Shown here: positions 56,781 through 64,000 of the stretch, piece after piece
How positions within the stretch are numbered: position 1 is the stretch's first letter
How the letters are laid out: the number at the start of each line of letters is the position of its first letter
Assembly (NCBI GenBank): GCA_964016885.1
Contig: OZ024766.1
Span: 20,522,001-20,586,000, forward strand
DNA: 64,000 bases
From: Eledone cirrhosa
Lineage: Eukaryota
Reading direction: 5' to 3'
The notes under the pieces: model-generated
Seen by the model: the letters and a program-made list of their open reading frames with translations, nothing else
What the model was told of the DNA's origin: nothing
Database searches by the model: none
Position numbers and translations under genes: made by a program

Positions 56781-57021
56781 ACTGGGCTATGTTGTTAGAG
56801 AGTAATCCAGTCGTTTCAACATCTTCATCTGCCTCTAGTCTTTTCAGCGTCTCTAGGAGATCATTAAGGGTGCTCTTTGTCTGAGACCCCTTCAACGCAG
56901 GTTCTTCGGAAGGCTCCGGTGTGGTGCCATTAGGGCTCGGAAGGTGGGAGATCTGCGGAGATGAAGCATTTGAATTCTTTCGCAGTGTCGATTTGGCTTC
57001 TTTTACCAGCTTCGAGGTTTC
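56781..57021 (-). CDS. CEP131: CEP131 exon
   Basis: ETSKLVKE...KSTLNDLLETLKRLE, resembling the CEP131 TLDELLDTLKLLE motif. CAG acceptor, GTAAGT donor, phases 0-1. Confidence 0.88.
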
Positions 57022-57119
57022 CTGAGGGGGAAAAAAACGGAATTCAACAGAGCCCTAGAAAGCGCACAGAAAAGGGCCCATATTTGGAGTGGTTTCTAAA
57101 GGTGGATGTTATAGCACCA

Positions 57120-58200
57120 ACCTCACAAGGTGGACTGGGTGCTTTTTGTTGTGGTACCAGCACTACTACTTTACAGGGTGGACTGGGTACTTTTTGTTGT
57201 GGCACCTACATGACCACTTTACAGGGTGGACTGGGTGCTTTTTGTTGTGACACCTTCATGACCACTTTACAGGGTGGACTGGGTGCTTTTTGTTGTGGTA
57301 CCAGCACTACTACTTTACAGTGTGGACTGGGTGTCTTTTGTTGTGACACCTACATGACCACTTTACAGTGTGGACTGGGTACCTTTTGTTGTGACACCTA
57401 CATGACCACTTTACAGTGTGGACTGGGTACTTTTTGTTGTGACACCTACATGACCACTTTACAGTGTGGACTGGGTGCTGTTTGTCATGACACCTACATG
57501 ACCACTTTACAGTGTGGACTGGGTACCTTTTGTTGTGACACCTACATGACCACTTTACAGTGTGGACTGGGTACCTTTTGTTGTGACACCTACATGACCA
57601 CTTTACAGTGTGGACTGGGTACTTTTTGTTGTGACACCTACATGACCACTTTACAGTGTGGACTGGGTACTGTTTGTTGTGACACCTACACGACCACTTT
57701 ACAGTGTAGACTGGGTGCTGTTTGTCATGACACCTACATGACCACTTTACAGTGTGGACTGGGTACCTTTTGTTGTGACACCTACATGACCACTTTACAG
57801 TGTGGACTGGGTACCTTTTGTCGTGACACCTACATGACCACTTTACAGTGTGGACTGGGTACTGTTTGTTGTGACACCTACACGACCACTTTACAGTGTA
57901 GACTGGGTGCTGTTTGTCGTGTCACCTACATGACCACTTTACAGTGTGGACTGGGTACCTTTTGTTGTGACACCTACATGACCACTTTACAGTGTGGACT
58001 GGGTACCTTTTGTTGTGACACCTACATGACCACTTTACAGTGTGGACTGGGTACCTTTTGTTGTGACACCTACATGACCACTTTACAGTGTGGACTGGGT
58101 GCTATTTGTTGTGACACCTACATGACCACTTTACAGTGTGGACTGGGTGCTTTTTGTCATGACACCTACATGACCACTTTACAGTGTGGACTGGGAGCTT
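57120..58200 (-). repeat. 48-bp tandem array, variant of the SINE internal unit
   Basis: About 22 copies of TGGACTGGGTACCTTTTGTTGTGACACCTACATGACCACTTTACAGTG. Confidence 0.85.
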
Positions 58201-58594
58201 TTAATCCCGATACCAGCATTGTCATAATAATAATAATAATAATAATGAAATTATTGTGTACAGTGCTCAGGTGCACTACAACTCATCAAAGGTGCATGTA
58301 TAGTACATAGAATAATGTACAAATGTCAGGAAAATGAACAGTGTATGAGTCATGGTATAATAACAATAACAATAATGAAATATTGTGCACAGTGCCCAGG
58401 TGCACCACAACTCATCAAAAAAGTGCATGTACGGTACATAGGGCAATGCACAAACATCAGCAAAAGATCAGTATGAGTGGCCGGTTACAGCCGGTTTGAA
58501 CAGAAAGGGGTGAGAGGGGTCTGACCAGATGCGACTGGTTTAATTGAGGAAAAGAAAAAAAAAAAAAAAAATAAGAAAAACATCAGCAACTAAC

Positions 58595-59206
58595 CTTGAA
58601 AAGCTCTTCGAGACGGTTGTCGCAGGGCTCGGTGAACTTTAAGCAGTCGAGCGTGAACGGAGCGTCACTGCAGCCAAAATTCACGCTTGACATTTGCGGC
58701 GAGAGCGACGCCGACGCTGCAGTCTCTGAAATCCCGTCCCGGCGCTCCGAGCCGCCGCTTCGCGGGACCGCAGGTGGCGTCTGTGTCTGCTCGTTGGCGG
58801 GAAGCTTCTTGAGGCTCCTGTAACCAGCAGCTCCACCACTGATACCACCACTACCACCACCACCACCACCACCACTACCACTACTGAGGGAAGCAGTAGT
58901 AGTAGCAGCAGTAGCAGTAGTAGTGGCAGCAGCAGCAGCAGTAGTAGCAGCAGCAGCAGTAGTAGTGGCAGCAGCAGCAGTAGCAGCAGTAGCAGTAGTA
59001 GTAGTAGTAGTAGTAGTAGTAATTTTAGTAGCGGTGGCTGTGGAAGTCTTGTTTCTGGGGTGGTTGGCACGGTTGGAAGGTTTCAGGACGACGGTGTGCG
59101 CGCTGCGCGAGGACGTGGGGCCCTGGGACGCGCCAGCCTGCTCCTCTCTGCCAGGGGGACCCTGCGTCGGCCCTTCTTTTCGTTCAACCCTCTTCTTGTA
59201 CATTTG
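58595..59206 (-). CDS. CEP131: CEP131 exon (low-complexity Thr/Ala/Gly tracts)
   Basis: GCAG acceptor. 204 open codons QMYKKRVERKE...RLEELFK. Donor AAG|GTTAGT, phases 0-0. Confidence 0.8.
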
Positions 59207-59235
59207 CTGCCAAGAGAAAGAAGTAAACAGAGTCA

Positions 59236-61715
59236 GGGACATAACTTAACAAAGGTTCTTACATGTTTCTAGTGGAACATAACTTAACATAGGTTCTTAC
59301 ATATTTCTAGTGGAACATAACTTAACAAAGGTTCTTAAATATTTCTAGTGGAACATAACTTAACATAGGTTCTTAAATATTTCTAGTGGAACATAACTTA
59401 ACATAGGTTCTTACATATTTCTAGTGGAACATAACTTAACAAAGGTTCTTACATGTTTCTAGTGGAACATAACTTAACAAAGGTTCTTACATATTTCTAG
59501 TGGAACATAACTTAACATAGGTTCTTAAATATTTAAATATTTCTAGTGGAACATAACTTAACAAAGGTTCTTACATATTTCTAGTGGAACATAACTTAAC
59601 ATAGGTTCTTAAATATTTAAATATTTCTAGTGGAACATAACTTAACAAAGGTTCTTAAATATTTAAATATTTCTAGTGGAACATAACTTAACAAAGGTTC
59701 TTACATATTTCTAGTGGAACATAACTTAACATAGGTTCTTACACAAATATAAACACTTTAACCCTTTCATTGCCATATTTCTAATGGGACATAACTTAAC
59801 AAAGGTTCTTACATATTTCTAGTGGAACATAACTTAACATAGGTTCTTAAATATTTAAATATTTCTAGTGGAACATAACTTAACAAAGGTTCTTAAATAT
59901 TTAAATATTTCTAGTGGAACATAACTTAACAAAGGTTCTTACATATTTCTAGTGGAACATAACTTAACATAGGTTCTTACACAAATATAAACACTTTAAC
60001 CCTTTCATTGCCATATTTCTAATGGGACATAACTTAACAAAGGTTCTTACATATTTCTACTGGGACATAACTTCACATAGGTTCTTAAATATTTAAATAT
60101 TTCTAGTGGAACATAACTCAACAAAGGTTCTTAAATATTTAAATATTTCTAGTGGAACATAACTTAACATAGGTTCTTAAATATTTCTACTGGAACATAA
60201 CTCAACATAGGTTCTTACATATTTCTAGTGGAACATAACTCAACAAAGGTTCTCACATATTTCTAGTGGAACATAACTCAACAAAGGTTCTTAAATATTT
60301 AAATATTTCTAGTGGAACATAACTTAACAAAGGTTCTCACATATTTCTAGTGGAACATAACTCAACATAGGTTCTTACATATTTAAATATTTCTAATGGA
60401 ACATAACTTAACATAGGTTCTTACATATTTAAATATTTCTAATGGAACATAACTTAACATAGGTTCTTACATATTTAAATATTTCTAGTGGAACATAACT
60501 CAACAAAGGTTCTTAAATATTTAAATATTTCTAGTGGAACATAACTTAACATAGGTTCTTAAATATTTAAATATTTCTAGTGGAACATAACTTAACAGAG
60601 GTTCTTACATATTTCTAGTGGAACATAACTCAACAAAGGTTCTTACATATTTCTAGTGGAACATAACTTAAAATAGGTTCTTAAATATTTAAATATTTCT
60701 AGTGGAACATAACTTAACATAGGTTCTTAAATATTTAAATATTTCTAGTGGAACATAACTTAACATAGGTTCTTAAATATTTAAATATTTCTAGTGGAAC
60801 ATAACTTAACATAGGTTCTTAAATATTTCTAGTGGAACATAACTTAACATAGGTTCTTAAATATTTCTAGTGGAACATAACTTAACATAGGTTCTTAAAT
60901 ATTTCTAGTGGGACATAACTTAACATAGGTTCTTACATATTTCTAGTGGAACATAACTCAACAAAGGTTCTTACATATTTCTAGTGGAACATAACTTAAC
61001 AAAGGTTCTTACATATTTCTAGTGGAACATAACTTAACATAGGTTCTTACATATTTCTACTGGGACATAACTCAACATAGGTTCTCACATATTTCTAGTG
61101 GAACATAACTCAACAAAGGTTCTTAAATATTTAAATATTTCTAGTGGAACATAACTTAACAGCGGTTCTTAAATATTTCTACTGGAACATAACTTAATAT
61201 AGGTTCTTACATATTTCTACTGGAACATAACTCAACAAAGGTTCTTACATATTTCTAGTGGAACATAACTCAACAAAGGTTCTTAAATATTTCTAGTGGG
61301 ACATAACTTAACATAGGTTCTTACATATTTAAATATTTCTAGTGGAACATAACTTAACAGCGGTTCTTACATATTTCTAGTGGAACATAACTTAATATAG
61401 GTTCTTACATATTTAAATATTTCTAATGGAACATAACTCAACAAAGGTTCTTAAATATTTAAATATTTCTAGTGGAACATAACTCAACAAAGGTTCTTAC
61501 ATATTTAAATATTTCTAGTGGAACATAACTTAACAAAGGTTCTCACATATTTCTACTGGGACATAACTTAACATAGGTTCTTACATATTTAAATATTTCT
61601 AATGGAACATAACTCAACAAAGGTTCTTAAATATTTAAATATTTCTAGTGCTAGTGGAACATAACTTAACATAGGTTCTTACATATTTCTAGTGGGACGT
61701 AACTCAACAAAGGTT
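59236..61715. repeat. ~38/47-bp minisatellite filling a CEP131 intron
   Basis: GGAACATAACTTAACAWAGGTTCTTAMATATTT(AAATATTT)CTAGT repeated more than 50 times. Confidence 0.92.
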
Positions 61716-61782
61716 GCTGACAATATAAACGAAGATGATGATGATGATGATGATGATGGAAACGGCGGCCATATTTATTTAC

Positions 61783-62446
61783 CTGCATCACTCTCTTCCT
61801 GCTCTCCTCCGCCCGCACCTCCTTCAGCATCTCCCGCTCCTCCACGCTGCTCTGGTTCCACCTCTTCCCGCCGCGGGCCCGCGCCACGGGGGGGGGCCGG
61901 GGGGGTCGCGAGGGCCGCAGGGGGGGTCGCGGGCTGCCCCCCCTCCTCCTTGCCCTTCTGTTGCCGCTGCACGACCTCCGCCCGCTTCTGGGCGAGCAGC
62001 CGCTTCATCGCCGCCTCGCACGCCTTCCGTCGCACCCTGTGGCGCCGATACCACCTCTGGATGCTGCGTGCGGCGATGCGCTCCTCCAAGTCGGTCGTCG
62101 GGGGGCGGCGGCGGCACTTCGTCCGAGGAGCCACCGCCGCCGGCAAGCCTCCTCCGCCGAGCGTCGGACTTTCGCCGTCACCCCCGGGGTGCGTGGGCAC
62201 GCCGCGCGTCCCCCGGGCCGCCGACGACGACGGCGGGCAGTTGTTTGCGCCGCTGCTCACGAGCGATTTGGGGTCGTCGTGGTTTAAGCACTGGTTCGTC
62301 GTCTCCCCCTTGCTCAGTCTATGCCCCGGGGGGCTGGCCTTGGGGGTGGCAGGTTTCCCACTGCTGACTGGGTTACACAGCGTAAAGATGGAATCAATGA
62401 AAGTGTTCGATATTTCCGATTGGTTGGAGTTGGAGCCTTTTCTCAC
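61783..62446 (-). CDS. CEP131: CEP131/AZI1 first visible exon (IQ motif; apparent internal frameshift)
   Basis: CAG acceptor after a pyrimidine tract. Contains IAARSIQRWYRRHRVRRKACEAAMKRLL (IQ motif as in CEP131). Donor CAG|GTAAAT. Length 664 = 3n+1, see findings. Confidence 0.8.
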
Positions 62447-62515
62447 CTGAATAGACAGAAAAAATAAACATACAGGTGTGTGTATATATATATATATATA
62501 TATACATATATATAT

Positions 62516-62963
62516 AGTTATACTTTGGGAGGGTCATGTTGCCAATAAGAAACACACACACCAGTTGCTTTCACTTCAATTTATTATAATAAATTTATAA
62601 ATTTCTGGTTGGTTGGTTGGTTCCACAACCAGATAGTTGTTTATACCTAGTCATAGTTCTTTCGTCACACACTCTGTGACCTCTTCAGAACAAAGAAAGG
62701 AATCCCCAGTCACTGAAGAGGTCACAGAGTGTATGACGAAAGAACTATGACTATGTATAAACAACTATCTGGTTGTGGAACCAACCAACCAACCAGAAAT
62801 TTATAGATTTATTCCTAAATTTATAAATTTATTATAATAAATTGAAGTGAAAGCAACTGGTGCGTGTGTTTCTTATTGGCAACATGACCCTCCCAAAGTA
62901 TAACAATATCGGTTTCAACACACGCTTTCAGATAAAGAATCTTGCTAAACAAATTCAGAAACG

Positions 62964-62966
<3 letters not shown>
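62516..62966. mobile_element. Penelope-like terminal remnant with ~170-bp inverted arms
   Basis: 62516-62688 is an inverted copy of 62713-62905 and the inversion point lies at CTGAAGA. Related termini occur at 32100-32790. Confidence 0.6.
62708..62752 (+). ncRNA. Minimal type I hammerhead motif (family B)
   Basis: AGTCA-CTGAAGA-g-GTCA cagagtgta TGAC-GAAA-G aa C-TA-TGACT: 5-bp stem I, 4-bp stem II, vestigial stem III. Confidence 0.65.
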
Positions 62967-63004
<38 letters not shown>

Positions 63005-63187
63005 TATATATGACTTTAATCTTTGTATGTAAATTACAAAGTATATATATATATTAGAAAGTGCGGCTTTTTTACAAAATGTAAAATAACCGAGGTGTCC
63101 TACACGAGTGGAAGTATAAAGAAAAAAAGATGAAATCGAAAATGCAACTGGAGTCTTATTTAAAAAAATATATATATTTATTTGGTT

Positions 63188-63225
63188 CCTTTACCGGTTT
63201 CGCAGTTCTTCTGCTTTTCAAAAGG
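63188..63225 (-). ncRNA. Minimal hammerhead motif (family C, inverted copy)
   Basis: Reverse complement of the 63310-63349 motif (CCTT/AAGG stem I). It is in the sense of CEP131 transcription. Confidence 0.68.
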
Positions 63226-63309
63226 TGAGTTGAGATGGAGGGTCTGTGGTTTTTCTCACATCTGAGAAAAACCACAGTGAGAAAAACCACAGACCCTCCA
63301 TCTCAACTC

Positions 63310-63349
63310 ACCTTTTGAAAAGCAGAAGAACTGCGAAACCGGTAAAGGT
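63310..63349 (+). ncRNA. Minimal type I hammerhead motif (family C, U3-A8 core)
   Basis: ACCTT-TTGAAAA-GCAG aagaa CTGC-GAAA-CCGG-TA-AAGGT: stems I and II perfect, palindromic CCGG stem III, C3-G8 replaced by U3-A8. Confidence 0.7.
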
Positions 63350-63419
63350 ACCAAATAAATATATATATTTTAAAAAAAAAAATAAGACTCCAGTTGCATT
63401 TTCGATTTCACCTCTTTTT

Positions 63420-63453
<34 letters not shown>

Positions 63454-63569
63454 GTTATTCCGGGTTGAATCGGAGGTAACCACAGTAAGTAAGGCACTCA
63501 ATACATAGCAGAGTATAAAAGTTTTAATATAGATGAGATTCTACAGGACTAGAACTATCATTCTTTAGA

Positions 63570-63616
63570 ATTCCTGATGATTTCTAAAGAATGAAACAGT
63601 TCTAGTCCTGTAGAAT
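63570..63616 (+). ncRNA. Type I hammerhead motif (family A, further copy)
   Basis: ATTC-CTGATGA-TTTCTAAAGAAT-GAAA-CAG ttctagtc CTG-TA-GAAT. The core is identical to the copy 58 kb upstream. Confidence 0.65.
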
Positions 63617-63629
63617 CTCATCTACATTA

Positions 63630-63664
<35 letters not shown>

Positions 63665-63707
63665 CTTTAATCTTTGTATGTAAATTATATATATATATAT
63701 AACATGA

Positions 63708-63738
<31 letters not shown>

Positions 63739-64000
63739 AACGTTTGTATTTGTAAAGCCAAAACAATGCAGGTATGGACATAGAATATAAATGCAAATGC
63801 AAAAGATATTGTTGACAATTAGTCTTTTACCTTAAATTTATTTAAATATCCTTAATTTTCGAGATAATATCTCTTCTTCGGAGGGAAGTAAAGTGGTTAA
63901 ACCACCGTTCTAAATAGCTTGCCAAGTCATAAAAGAGTCTAACTGCGGCGTTCGAAGAAACCAGATGGTCAATAGATACACTCTGGTGATTAACCACGTG

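Larger units (their letters stand above)
63130..63420. mobile_element. Penelope-like terminal remnant, ~130-bp-arm palindrome
   Basis: Near-perfect inverted repeat centred near 63270 with a hammerhead in each arm. Confidence 0.6.

Noticed and set aside
56961-58310. 449-aa Cys-rich repeat ORF (metallothionein or keratin-associated look)
   Set aside because: It arises from a 48-bp (3n) SINE-derived array, lies antisense within a CEP131 intron and overlaps a real exon on the other strand.
61692-62450. GC-rich + strand ORFs (252 and 210 aa)
   Set aside because: They are antisense shadows of the GC-rich CEP131 exon, with no recognisable motifs or splice support.
63831-64000. Possible upstream CEP131 coding exon (AAG|GTAAAA donor on the - strand)
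   Set aside because: The phase-0 frame has TAA eight codons before the donor and the other frames also stop. At best it is non-coding, and it is unsupported.

Overview
AT-rich, microsatellite-dense animal genomic DNA. The repeat content ((TA)/(CA) tracts, tRNA-headed SINEs with (GAT)n tails, RTE-type LINE fragments) suggests an octopus-like cephalopod, which is inference only. Two convergent spliced genes were reconstructed by hand. On the + strand is a complete 10-exon SLC9B/NHA-type Na+/H+ antiporter (9013-22378, 565 aa, all GT-AG with consistent phases). On the - strand are 15 exons of CEP131/AZI1 (62446-33948); its 5' end is outside the window and one G/C-run frameshift is needed in the first visible exon. 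The rest is simple repeats plus many tandem arrays made by local amplification of SINE, LINE and exon fragments. Main signals: (1) at least three families of minimal type I hammerhead ribozyme motifs inside inverted repeats, typical of Penelope-like element ends, three of them within 1.1 kb of a CEP131 intron and one with the compensatory U3-A8 core; (2) three independent duplications of an exon 3' end plus splice donor, giving in-frame candidate microexons or alternative donors; (3) a 48-49 bp SINE segment repeatedly amplified whose hairpin stem covaries between subfamilies. Nearly all ORF-track entries are repeat artefacts.
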